A stretch of 24,820 nt of DNA from a virus (lineage: Duplodnaviria > Heunggongvirae > Uroviricota > Caudoviricetes), in IMG/VR virus record IMGVR_UViG_2711768053_000009; one strand, given 5' to 3'. Shown in pieces: positions 1 through 7,858 of this stretch. The position numbers and the translations under genes are program-made. The notes beneath the pieces are model-generated. The model saw only the letters and a program-made list of their open reading frames with translations. It had not been told where the DNA came from and did no database searches. Position 1 is the stretch's first letter; the number at the start of each line of letters is the position of its first letter.

Positions 1-1
1 C

Positions 2-136
2 TTTGTTCCACTCAGCTATCTGTGTGGTCGCCCGTTAGCAACGGGCTGGCTGGAAGTGTTTTTTAATCTGTTGTTCTGCGTGCTGGTAATACGCGCACGC
101 GGGAACGTCGCAAGAATCTTTCCATTGTTGAGGTGA
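2..136 (+). CDS. 3' end of an upstream gene, possibly holin (C-terminal fragment; gene starts before the window)
   Basis: Frame 2 is open from the window edge to TGA at 134-136, 2 nt before the endolysin ATG. Translation ends ...GWLEVFFNLLFCVLVIRARGNVARIFPLLR: a hydrophobic segment followed by a basic tail, as in holin C-termini. Position immediately upstream of the endolysin. Confidence 0.3.
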   Translation, partial: FVPLSYLCGRPLATGWLEVFFNLLFCVLVIRARGNVARIFPLLR

Positions 137-138
137 AT

Positions 139-516
139 ATGTCGGGTAAATTCAGATTCAGCCGTCGCAGTGAAAAAAATCTGGAGGGCGTCAAACCACA
201 GCTGGTTGCTGTCGTTCGCCGTGCCCTTGAGCTGACGGAGGTTGATTTCGGTATTACGGAAGGCCTGCGCAGTAAGCATCGCCAGAAACAGCTGGTCGCG
301 GAAGGGAAAAGTCAGACCATGAACAGCCGCCATCTGACCGGTGATGCGGTGGATGTTGTGGCCTACGTTGGCAGCCAGGTGTCATGGGACTGGCCTCTGT
401 ACGAGAAAATTGCGCAGGCATTTAAGCAGGCTGCCGCAGAGCTGGGAACTGCCATCGAATGGGGCGGGGACTGGAAAACGCTGAAGGACGGGCCTCACTT
501 TCAGTTGAAACGCTGA
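139..516 (+). CDS. Endolysin, L-alanyl-D-glutamate peptidase (peptidase M15 / VanY-like, T5-endolysin type)
   Basis: ATG at 139 preceded by GAGGTG. Translation MSGKFRFSRRSEKNLEGVKPQLVAVVRRALELTEVDFGITEGLRS...HLTGDAVDV...WGGDWKTLKDGPHFQL matches the conserved layout of small phage M15 peptidases (T5 Lys-like). The provided ORF 133..516 uses a GTG two codons upstream. Confidence 0.85.
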   Translation: MSGKFRFSRRSEKNLEGVKPQLVAVVRRALELTEVDFGITEGLRSKHRQKQLVAEGKSQTMNSRHLTGDAVDVVAYVGSQVSWDWPLYEKIAQAFKQAAAELGTAIEWGGDWKTLKDGPHFQLKR

Positions 517-530
517 TAACCAGGTGTGTT

Positions 531-713
531 ATGAGCAGAAAACACTGGACACACAGAATGCCGCGAACGGCGGCGAAATGGGCACTGGTAGTGATACTGG
601 TGCCTTTTTTATTGGTGGGATGCGTCAGCCTGGATAAGGCGCGCCAGCTTTTCGATACGGCTTCTCAGGTCTGCCAGCTTATCGATGGCGTTCGGCAGTG
701 TCTGCAGAACTAA
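531..713 (+). CDS. Small lipoprotein (signal peptide with lipobox LVGC), lysis-associated; possible o-spanin-like or Bor-like function
   Basis: ATG at 531 with GGTG 4 nt upstream. MSRKHWTHRMPRTAAKWALVVILVPFLLVGC has a basic n-region, hydrophobic core and L-V-G-C lipobox. The predicted mature part is about 30 aa with two further Cys. The provided ORF 459..713 starts upstream inside the endolysin gene. Confidence 0.5.
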   Translation: MSRKHWTHRMPRTAAKWALVVILVPFLLVGCVSLDKARQLFDTASQVCQLIDGVRQCLQN

Positions 714-884
714 TCATCTGTAATAGCAGAATATTTTGCTGAAAAATGAAGGGTGCGCCAGCGTCCGGAAAGCATGAAATTCTGTGTTAGTGGCTATTCA
801 ATAAAATAAATTCTTTCTGTCGCCGCGAATACTTAAATGTTGATCAGTGCCCGGTGCGGCGACGGGCTTTGATATCAGGAGACG

Positions 885-1184
885 ATGATGGAAAAAACAG
901 AAAACAAACCGATTGTAATTGGTGCTGATGCTGCTCCGTTTAAGTTTGAGTTGTCTCAACTGGTGGAGATGCGCATCAGTGATGAATGGGGTGAGGTTAA
1001 AGCCCGTGCGCAGTATGCGGATGGCGAAAACCAGTACTTGATCCACTACAAGGCAGCTGACGGTCGCGCCACGACGGAGTGGTTTGGTGAGTCAATGCTG
1101 GAAGCAACAGAAGATGATCGTCATCCAGGTTGCCCGGTATTTGCTGGTATGGAATTGCCGGAAGGTGCAGTCGTTACTGAGTAA
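885..1184 (+). CDS. Hypothetical phage protein (99 aa, acidic)
   Basis: ATGATG start with AGGAGA 4-6 nt upstream; intact ORF; no motif recognised. Confidence 0.55.
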   Translation: MMEKTENKPIVIGADAAPFKFELSQLVEMRISDEWGEVKARAQYADGENQYLIHYKAADGRATTEWFGESMLEATEDDRHPGCPVFAGMELPEGAVVTE

Positions 1185-1304
1185 CAGGCATTACAGCAGC
1201 CCTTCAGTGAGGGGCTGCGATAATGCCAGGCTCACCAACAGCACCCGCCGCGCACCCAGCGCACTGGCTGTTAGTGAGCTTTTTTATTCATCAAGCGAGG
1301 CTGT

Positions 1305-2099
1305 ATGAGCGAGAAATTGAAGATCGTCTATCGCCCGTTACAAAAACTGTCTCCGTATGCGCACAACGCCAGGACACACAGCCCTGAGCAGGTGGCACAA
1401 CTGGTAGAAAGCATTAAGCAATTCGGCTGGACCAATCCGGTGCTGATTGACGAAAAGGGCGAAATTATTGCTGGTCACGGTCGCGTGATGGCGGCTGAGG
1501 CGCTCAAAATGGATTCTGTTCCGGTCATTGTTCTGTCTGGCCTGACGGATGATCAGAAAAAGGCGTACCGCCTGGCAGATAATCGCCTGCCGCTCAACGC
1601 TGGCTGGGATGAAGATCTGTTACGGATGGAGCTGTCGGACCTAATCAATGCTGATTTTGATATCTCCCTGACAGGATTCAGCCCGACAGAAATTGATGAA
1701 CTGTTGACGGATGTTTTGCCCGGTACAGGAAATAATGAGGAGGAACCGTACACGACGAAAATTGATACGCCTGTTTATGAGCCGTCAGGCGATAAACCGG
1801 ATATCAGTGAACTGTACGACGATACGAAAACTCAGGAGCTGGTCAGCCGGATACGTTCGGCGTCCCTTGAGCCTGATATCGAAAAATTCCTCCTGTGCGC
1901 GGCAGAACGTCACACGGTGTTTAATTTCAGCAGAATTGCGGACTATTACGCTCACTCCCCCGCTGAAATTCAGCGCCTTTTTGAGGAGTCGGCGCTGGTG
2001 ATCATTGATTATCAGCAGGCTATTGAAAATGGATTTGTCCGGATGACGCAGCGCATGGTGGAGATCATGCATGGCGGGGAGGAGGAGGAATATGCGTGA
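1305..2099 (+). CDS. ParB-like nuclease domain (ParB/sulfiredoxin N-terminal fold) protein with uncharacterised acidic C-terminal domain
   Basis: N-terminal about 100 aa (YRPLQKLSPYAHNARTHSPEQVAQLVESIKQFGWTNPVLIDEKGEIIAGHGRVMAAEAL...) has the ParB N-domain signature including the G-x-G-R box. The stop overlaps the start of the next gene (ATGCGTGA). Confidence 0.75.
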   Translation: MSEKLKIVYRPLQKLSPYAHNARTHSPEQVAQLVESIKQFGWTNPVLIDEKGEIIAGHGRVMAAEALKMDSVPVIVLSGLTDDQKKAYRLADNRLPLNAGWDEDLLRMELSDLINADFDISLTGFSPTEIDELLTDVLPGTGNNEEEPYTTKIDTPVYEPSGDKPDISELYDDTKTQELVSRIRSASLEPDIEKFLLCAAERHTVFNFSRIADYYAHSPAEIQRLFEESALVIIDYQQAIENGFVRMTQRMVEIMHGGEEEEYA

Positions 2100-3024
2100 T
2101 GATTTTTGCGCCTTTATTCTGACTCACGGGCGTCCGGACAAAGTTCTGACTTACCGGACGTTGCGTCGTGCTGGCTATACCGGGAAAGTTTTTATCGTTG
2201 TTGATGATGAAGATAAAACCCGGCATCAGTACATAGCAGAATTTGGTGAACAGGTGCTGGTGTTTTCCAAAGCCGATATCGCCAGTCGTTTTGACGAAGC
2301 CGATAATTTCGGTGACCGCCGCTCAATTTTTTACGCCCGTAATGCCTGTTTCGACCTGGCAAAACTGGTCGGGTGTAAATACTTCATTCAGCTCGATGAT
2401 GATTATCACGAGTTCCAGTTTCGGGTGGATCGCAACTATGACCAGGCCTATTTTCCGATAAGGAAACTGGATGCGATCCTTTCTGAAATGCTGGCGTACT
2501 ACGAATCAATACCTGCTCTTTCCATCGCTATGTCGCAGGGCGGGGATTTTCTTGGTGACAATGGCGGCCATGCTTCGTGGGTGAAACGCAAGGCAATGAA
2601 CAGCTTTATCTGTTCGGTTGATCGACCGTTCTCATTCATGGGGCGCATTAACGAGGATGTGAATACGTACACGAATCTCGGTCGCTGTGGTGAATTGTTT
2701 ATGACGATCGGTGCTGTCCAGTTAGGACAGAAACAGACGCAGAAAAACAGCGGCGGAATGACCGAGCTGTATCTGGATTCCGGAACCTACGTTAAAAGTT
2801 TTTACTCCGTCATGTATGCGCCGTCGTGCGTAAAAATCTCACTGATGGGTGCCAGCCATAAACGCATTCACCATCAGGTCACCTGGAACAATGCTGCAGT
2901 AAAAATCCTTCACGAAAAATACAGGAAGAAGACACCCTGCATATCAATGGGGGTGACAAATGATTCCGTATTCGAAAGTCGAGTCTCTGGCAGCGTGCCG
3001 GATGACTGCACAACAAATCGCTGA
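2092..3024 (+). CDS. Soluble GT-A fold (family-2-like) glycosyltransferase, substrate unknown
   Basis: ATG at 2092 preceded by GGAGGAGGAGG. Translation has beta1 CAFILTHGRPD, then VFIVVDDEDKT (the hhhVDD motif of GT2 enzymes, residues about 34-44) and YFIQLDDDYHEF (DXD motif, residues about 98-107) at the spacing seen in SpsA-like GT2 enzymes. No C-terminal transmembrane helices, so unlike GtrB. The provided ORF 2071..3024 starts 7 codons upstream. Confidence 0.6.
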   Translation: MRDDFCAFILTHGRPDKVLTYRTLRRAGYTGKVFIVVDDEDKTRHQYIAEFGEQVLVFSKADIASRFDEADNFGDRRSIFYARNACFDLAKLVGCKYFIQLDDDYHEFQFRVDRNYDQAYFPIRKLDAILSEMLAYYESIPALSIAMSQGGDFLGDNGGHASWVKRKAMNSFICSVDRPFSFMGRINEDVNTYTNLGRCGELFMTIGAVQLGQKQTQKNSGGMTELYLDSGTYVKSFYSVMYAPSCVKISLMGASHKRIHHQVTWNNAAVKILHEKYRKKTPCISMGVTNDSVFESRVSGSVPDDCTTNR

Positions 3025-3211
3025 CGTTCTGGATGTTGATCTGAACCGACTGAAAGAAAATCGGGAAGCAATGACAAATTTTTATGCGTCCATCCGTAAG
3101 GGCAGAGCGAAAGGTGAAGCCGAGCTACGGGCGGCATTGTTTAAGCTTGCCAGAAAAGGGGATGCCTTTGCCCTGCGCGAACTACTCAGGGTGGATAAAA
3201 ATCAGGACTAA
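2960..3211 (+). CDS. Small helix-turn-helix-like DNA-binding protein, likely packaging-associated
   Basis: ATG at 2960 with GGGGGTGA 5 nt upstream; sits immediately before the terminase small subunit gene. The segment MTAQQIADVLDVDLNRLKENRE resembles an HTH. Overlaps the 3' end of the glycosyltransferase ORF in another frame. Confidence 0.5.
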   Translation: MIPYSKVESLAACRMTAQQIADVLDVDLNRLKENREAMTNFYASIRKGRAKGEAELRAALFKLARKGDAFALRELLRVDKNQD

Positions 3212-3214
3212 CTG

Positions 3215-4306
3215 ATGAGCAGACCGGACTGGGGGGCGTTGCAGCAGGAGTATATTGCTGAATACACCCGCTCCGGTATATCTCCGGTGGCATGGTGTGA
3301 AGCAAGGGGACTGAATTACGCAACAGCCCGTCGTTACATCAAAAAACCTCCGAAAAATGCGCAGGCAGAATTGCGCAAAACTGCGCAAAAAAGTGCGCAG
3401 AAAAAACCTGCGCAGACTGCGCAAAAGCTGAACGGAAAATCTCAGGAAAAAAAGCCAGTATCCGATGCGTACCTGAATGAGGGCGATGCGGAAGAAATTT
3501 CGTTCTGTCCTGATGAATTCGGTATTTCAGACCAGCAGGCGAAATTCGCAATGCTGGTTGCCCAGGGGAAAAAACTCGTTGAGGCATATCGCCTGGCAGG
3601 ATACGAGTCAGAGGGGAATGCGGCCTACGTAACCGCCAGCCAGCTCCTAAGAAATCCTAAGGTTTTTCGCGCTATCAGCTACTTCCGCAATCAGTACCAG
3701 AAACGCTATACCGCAGACCTGGATTTACTGGTGAGTCAGTTGATGGCCATTGTCCAGGCCGACCCCAATCAGTTGGCACAATTTCGCCGTGTTAACTGCC
3801 GTTATTGCTGGGGCGAGAATCATCACTACCAGTGGCGCGATATAGCAGAATTCGATAAGGCAGCGGCGCAGGCCTCCAGAGATGGCAAACCCGAGCCGGA
3901 ATATGGTGGCCTTGGCTTTGTTGATAACGCCATACCCAATCCGGACTGCCCGAAGTGCTGCGGTGAGGGAACGGGGCAGCTTTATATGGCTGATACCACT
4001 CTGCTTGATGGGGATGCGCGGCAATTATATGCAGGGGCAAAGCTCGGGAAATTTGGTGTTGAGATCCTGCTGGAGGATAAGGCTGCCGCCCGGCGCGAAC
4101 TTATCAAGCTGATAATGGCGACGAAAGGAAGTTCTGCTGGTGGTGCAACTGACAGTCGCAATGATCTGGAGCTTGAAGGACTGAGGCTTCGCAACGAAAA
4201 GCTGCGCACTGAGATTGAAAACCTCAAAAAAGGCGTGGGTGGTGAGAATAACGAAATAATTATCCACAACTCTCTGCCGATGCCGGGAGTGGATAATGTC
4301 GATTGA
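3215..4306 (+). CDS. Terminase small subunit (Terminase_2-like core) with C-terminal Cys cluster and coiled-coil
   Basis: The segment ISDQQAKFAMLVAQGKKLVEAYRLAGYESEGNAAYVTASQLLRNPKVFRAI follows the conserved small-terminase pattern. CRYC...CPKCC is a zinc-ribbon-like cluster. Immediately upstream of, and overlapping, the large terminase gene. Confidence 0.7.
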   Translation: MSRPDWGALQQEYIAEYTRSGISPVAWCEARGLNYATARRYIKKPPKNAQAELRKTAQKSAQKKPAQTAQKLNGKSQEKKPVSDAYLNEGDAEEISFCPDEFGISDQQAKFAMLVAQGKKLVEAYRLAGYESEGNAAYVTASQLLRNPKVFRAISYFRNQYQKRYTADLDLLVSQLMAIVQADPNQLAQFRRVNCRYCWGENHHYQWRDIAEFDKAAAQASRDGKPEPEYGGLGFVDNAIPNPDCPKCCGEGTGQLYMADTTLLDGDARQLYAGAKLGKFGVEILLEDKAAARRELIKLIMATKGSSAGGATDSRNDLELEGLRLRNEKLRTEIENLKKGVGGENNEIIIHNSLPMPGVDNVD

Positions 4307-5624
4307 AATCTACCTCCCAAAACCTCATGAGGGGCAAATAGCTGCATGGACGGCGGCAATAGAGGAACGCTTCCACGCGGTATGCTGTGGTCGTCGCTGG
4401 GGTAAAACGGTGATGCTGGTGAACATCGCTACCAGTTTCGCTACGCGGAAATTTGCCGTTCCTACCACCGGGCAACTTATCGCGGGTAGGGTGGGGATTT
4501 TTACCGCGCAATACCGCCAGTACCAGGAAATCTGGGATGAAATTAGCGCCGTTCTGCAACCGCTGATCCTCAGTCAGTCAAAAAATGAAAAGCGCATCAT
4601 TCTCCGGAACGGTGGCCGCATCGACTTCTGGGTTACGGACAACAACAAACTGGCCGGTCGTGGGCGTAAATATCACGCTGTGCTGATTGATGAGGCCGCA
4701 TTCACTAAATCGCCGGAAATGCTCGAGGAAATCTGGCCCCGAGCTATACGCCCGACGCTTGTCGATTACCGCGGCTGTGCGTGGGTATTTTCCACACCAA
4801 ACGGTATCGACGAGAGCAATTTTTTCTACGCGATATGCCACGATGAATCCCTGGGATTTGTCATGCACCATGCGCCAACTTCATCGAATCCGTATATTCC
4901 GAAAGAAGAACTGGAGGAAACGGAGAAGAAATCCGATCCGCGCGTCTGGCAGCAGGAATATCTTGCAGAGTTCGTAGACTGGTCCAAAGACGCGTTACTC
5001 GATGTCGATAAGCTGCTGGTGGACGGTCAACCAATTGAGATGCCGCCGTACTGCGACATGATTTTCGCAGTGATGGATACGGCGTTGAAAGGCGGGACCG
5101 AAAATGATGGTACTGGCGTGGTGTATTTCGCTTATGAGTCAACGTATTCGGACGAGCCAAAACTGACGATTATTGACTGGGATGTGACGCAAATTAAAGC
5201 GTCATTGCTTCCTGAATATATCCCCGGCGTTTATGACAACCTCGAGCGCCTCGCGAAATTATGCCGTCCGCGTCTGGGCAGCCAGGGTATTTTTATGGAA
5301 GACGCCGCGATGGGGGCAATCCTCAACCAGAAGGCGGAAACCGAAGGCTGGGATATGACGCCGATTAAATCGGCACTAACCAGCAAGGGCAAAGACGAAC
5401 GGGCGGTGATGGCATCCAGCTACCACTATCAGGGGATGTGCAAAATCGTCCGGGAGGCTTACGACAAGACCGTTTCATTCAAACGCACCACCGCAAACCA
5501 CCTCATAAAACAAATCGCCGGGTTCCACCTGGCAGACAAAGATGCGCATAAACGTGCTGATGACCTTTTCGATTGTTACACCTATGGATTGATCATCGCG
5601 CACGGTAATTACGCGGAATTGTAA
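4296..5624 (+). CDS. Terminase large subunit (ATPase plus nuclease)
   Basis: Walker A CGRRWGKT and Walker B AVLIDEAAF are present; about 440 aa; located between the small terminase and portal genes. Confidence 0.85.
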   Translation: MSIEIYLPKPHEGQIAAWTAAIEERFHAVCCGRRWGKTVMLVNIATSFATRKFAVPTTGQLIAGRVGIFTAQYRQYQEIWDEISAVLQPLILSQSKNEKRIILRNGGRIDFWVTDNNKLAGRGRKYHAVLIDEAAFTKSPEMLEEIWPRAIRPTLVDYRGCAWVFSTPNGIDESNFFYAICHDESLGFVMHHAPTSSNPYIPKEELEETEKKSDPRVWQQEYLAEFVDWSKDALLDVDKLLVDGQPIEMPPYCDMIFAVMDTALKGGTENDGTGVVYFAYESTYSDEPKLTIIDWDVTQIKASLLPEYIPGVYDNLERLAKLCRPRLGSQGIFMEDAAMGAILNQKAETEGWDMTPIKSALTSKGKDERAVMASSYHYQGMCKIVREAYDKTVSFKRTTANHLIKQIAGFHLADKDAHKRADDLFDCYTYGLIIAHGNYAEL

Positions 5625-5643
5625 AAATCTGGATTTTTTTCTG

Positions 5644-7080
5644 ATGGCTGAGATCGAGATTTCTGTAAATCTCAGTTCTTCGCTGATGCGCATTCTTGAG
5701 GCTGAAGAAATTCAGCCGGGAACCGACATTGGCTATGAACTGTGTAAACTGCTGTGGCAGTACCATCCGCTGGGCGGGAAACTTGTCGAAAAACCCATAC
5801 TTATGGCGATGTGTAAGCCGCGCCAGTACAACGTGGAGACAGACCCTGACGAGCGGGTTGTGCGGCGTTTCCAGGAGGTGTGGGAGCGCATGAAGGTGAA
5901 CGAGAAGATTAAAAATCTGTTTTTCCTGTCTCGTTGCTACGGTGCTGCAGCGATCGGCGTGGGCACCGACAGTGTTTCATGTCGTGAACCGCTTCCGACG
6001 TTCGGACTGACAGAAGATGACGTGTATATCAACGCGTGGGACCCGTTGAACGCTTCCGGTTCGATGGTGACTGACCAGAACCCCAACAGCCCGTTTTTCC
6101 AGGAAGCCAATAAAAAACTGAAGATTGGCGGAAAAGACTGGCATCCGTCACGCACACTGAAAATCTTCAACGGCACACCGATTTATCTGGAGTTTCAGAG
6201 TTCATCGTTCGGATTCACCGGGCGAAGCGTGTTTCAGCGCGTTCTTTATTCCCTGAAATCCTATATCAATACGATGGAGGCGAATGATCTCGTCAGCCAG
6301 AAGGCAGGCGTACTGGTGGCTAAAGTTGTGCAGAACGGTTCGAAAATTGACGGGATCATGGCTGCTGCCACGGGGCGTAAAAGGGAAAACGTGAAAGCCG
6401 CCAAAAATAAAGGCGTGTTGAGTATTGGAAAAGACGAAGACGTAAGTTCACTGAACCTGCAAAACATCGACGGGGCGCTGAATACATCCCGCGACAACAT
6501 CATTGCTGATATTGCCGCCGGGAGTGACGTTCCGGCCATTATTATCAAGGAAGAAGCATTCAGTAACGGATTCGGTGAAGGTAAGGAGGACTCGAAAGCC
6601 ATCAGCCAGTATATCGATGGTGTACGCCAGCAGATTGAACCTGTGATGGATTATTTCGAACGCCTGGTGCAGTACATCGCCTGGAACGAGGAATTTTATC
6701 AGTCGCTGAAAAATGATTACCCGGACATCATAACCGACGACTATAAAACCACGTTTTACCAGTGGCGACGTGAATTTACCGCGACGTGGCAGGAGCTGGT
6801 GGAGGAGTCGCCGGACAAACGCCGGGAAAGCGACAGTAAAGTGATTCAACAGGCGATAGCACTTTTCTCTGCCGTGTCGCCACAGGTTGATCCTGAAAAC
6901 CGCGCCGCCCTCGCTGAATGGCTGGCAAGCCTTGTTAATGCCACGCAAACCTATGGCGAAGCTCCACTCATCATTGATGTGGATGCGCTGGCGAATTATG
7001 AACCACCGAAGCAGGAGACGCCTGATGGCAATTTCCAGCCGGGCGGTGAGGAAGAAGAAACGGATCAGGACTCTGTATGA
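5644..7080 (+). CDS. Portal protein
   Basis: 478-aa ORF directly after the large terminase with an acidic C-terminal tail; size and position are typical of portal proteins. No specific motif verified. Confidence 0.65.
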   Translation: MAEIEISVNLSSSLMRILEAEEIQPGTDIGYELCKLLWQYHPLGGKLVEKPILMAMCKPRQYNVETDPDERVVRRFQEVWERMKVNEKIKNLFFLSRCYGAAAIGVGTDSVSCREPLPTFGLTEDDVYINAWDPLNASGSMVTDQNPNSPFFQEANKKLKIGGKDWHPSRTLKIFNGTPIYLEFQSSSFGFTGRSVFQRVLYSLKSYINTMEANDLVSQKAGVLVAKVVQNGSKIDGIMAAATGRKRENVKAAKNKGVLSIGKDEDVSSLNLQNIDGALNTSRDNIIADIAAGSDVPAIIIKEEAFSNGFGEGKEDSKAISQYIDGVRQQIEPVMDYFERLVQYIAWNEEFYQSLKNDYPDIITDDYKTTFYQWRREFTATWQELVEESPDKRRESDSKVIQQAIALFSAVSPQVDPENRAALAEWLASLVNATQTYGEAPLIIDVDALANYEPPKQETPDGNFQPGGEEEETDQDSV

Positions 7081-7858
7081 GGTTCTGACGGATGCCGTTA
7101 ACTACTACGTAAATCACGGGTGGGATAGCGAAAAATCATTGCTCGAATGGTGCCGGAAACTCCGTGTAGCCGCTCAGCGAGAAACCCCTGATGATACCGT
7201 AGCCAGAAAACATCTCACCGCTATCTACAGCCGTCTTGTCATCGACGGCGGGGCATTACGGGATCAGCCTCCTGACGGCCCTAAAAAAATCACTGTTGAA
7301 AAACTGAAACCTGAGTTTCGCAAGGAACTCGACAGGCGAATTTTCGCCAGTGCCAACCTGATAAAACTCAACCGCGAACAGGCTATCGAGAAAACCATAC
7401 AGCGTTTTCAGGGATGGGTTACGTCCATTCCGCCTGACGGGGTGAGCGAAATTGATCGCCGGGAAGTGAAGTCCGGTTTTCAGAAGTCCGTGAAGGATAT
7501 GGATTTTATCAGTCGCCGGGTGGCAATTGACCAGGGACATAAGCTGGCGAGCAACGTTAAGTATCTGCTGGCTGTTCAGAGTGGTGCGATTGCTCTGCGC
7601 TGGCATTCTAACTGGCGGCGTCCGGGCTACAAATACCGACAGGACCACAAAGAGCGCGACGAGAAAATTTATCTCCTCCGCGATTCGTGGGCGCTGGAGC
7701 AGGGGCTGATTAAGCCCGTATATGGTTTTTATGACGAAATCACTGCTGCCGGGGAGGAGGTTTATTGCAGTTGCGATGCTCTGCCGATCTACGCCCCTCA
7801 GAAACTACCCGACGAATTTTTAACGGAGAAGGGCAAACGTGAGTTTAACCGAGCTTGA
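7025..7858 (+). CDS. Putative head morphogenesis protein (Mu F / SPP1 gp7 position)
   Basis: ATG at 7025 with AGGAGA 6 nt upstream, overlapping the portal 3' end. Call is by position only. The provided ORF 6887..7858 begins further upstream inside the portal gene. Confidence 0.4.
   Translation: MAISSRAVRKKKRIRTLYEVLTDAVNYYVNHGWDSEKSLLEWCRKLRVAAQRETPDDTVARKHLTAIYSRLVIDGGALRDQPPDGPKKITVEKLKPEFRKELDRRIFASANLIKLNREQAIEKTIQRFQGWVTSIPPDGVSEIDRREVKSGFQKSVKDMDFISRRVAIDQGHKLASNVKYLLAVQSGAIALRWHSNWRRPGYKYRQDHKERDEKIYLLRDSWALEQGLIKPVYGFYDEITAAGEEVYCSCDALPIYAPQKLPDEFLTEKGKREFNRA

Noticed and set aside
16-333. Minus-strand 105-aa ORF overlapping the endolysin gene
   Set aside because: It lies entirely antisense to a well-supported endolysin gene and has no RBS or recognisable motif; shadow ORF.
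1196-1218. 7-bp hairpin GCAGCCC / GGGCTGC downstream of the 99-aa gene as an intrinsic terminator
   Set aside because: Not followed by a T-run, so not a canonical rho-independent terminator; function undetermined.
1084-1308. 74-aa plus-strand ORF spanning the 3' end of the 99-aa gene and the following intergenic region
   Set aside because: Starts inside another gene in a different frame, with no RBS; the intergenic part contains a hairpin (about 1196..1218), more consistent with a structured non-coding spacer.
2092-3024. GtrB-type bactoprenol glucosyltransferase (O-antigen serotype conversion) as the identity of the GT-A protein
   Set aside because: GtrB proteins carry C-terminal transmembrane helices and sit with GtrA/GtrC near the attachment site; this protein has no hydrophobic C-terminal segment and lies between the lysis and packaging genes.
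3725-4559. Several minus-strand ORFs (3725..4024, 3792..4040, 3982..4359, 4025..4267, 4260..4559) inside the terminase genes
   Set aside because: Antisense to strongly supported terminase genes; overlapping shadow ORFs.
6261-6948. Minus-strand ORFs of 113 and 166 aa inside the portal gene
   Set aside because: Antisense shadow ORFs within a long, tightly packed structural operon.
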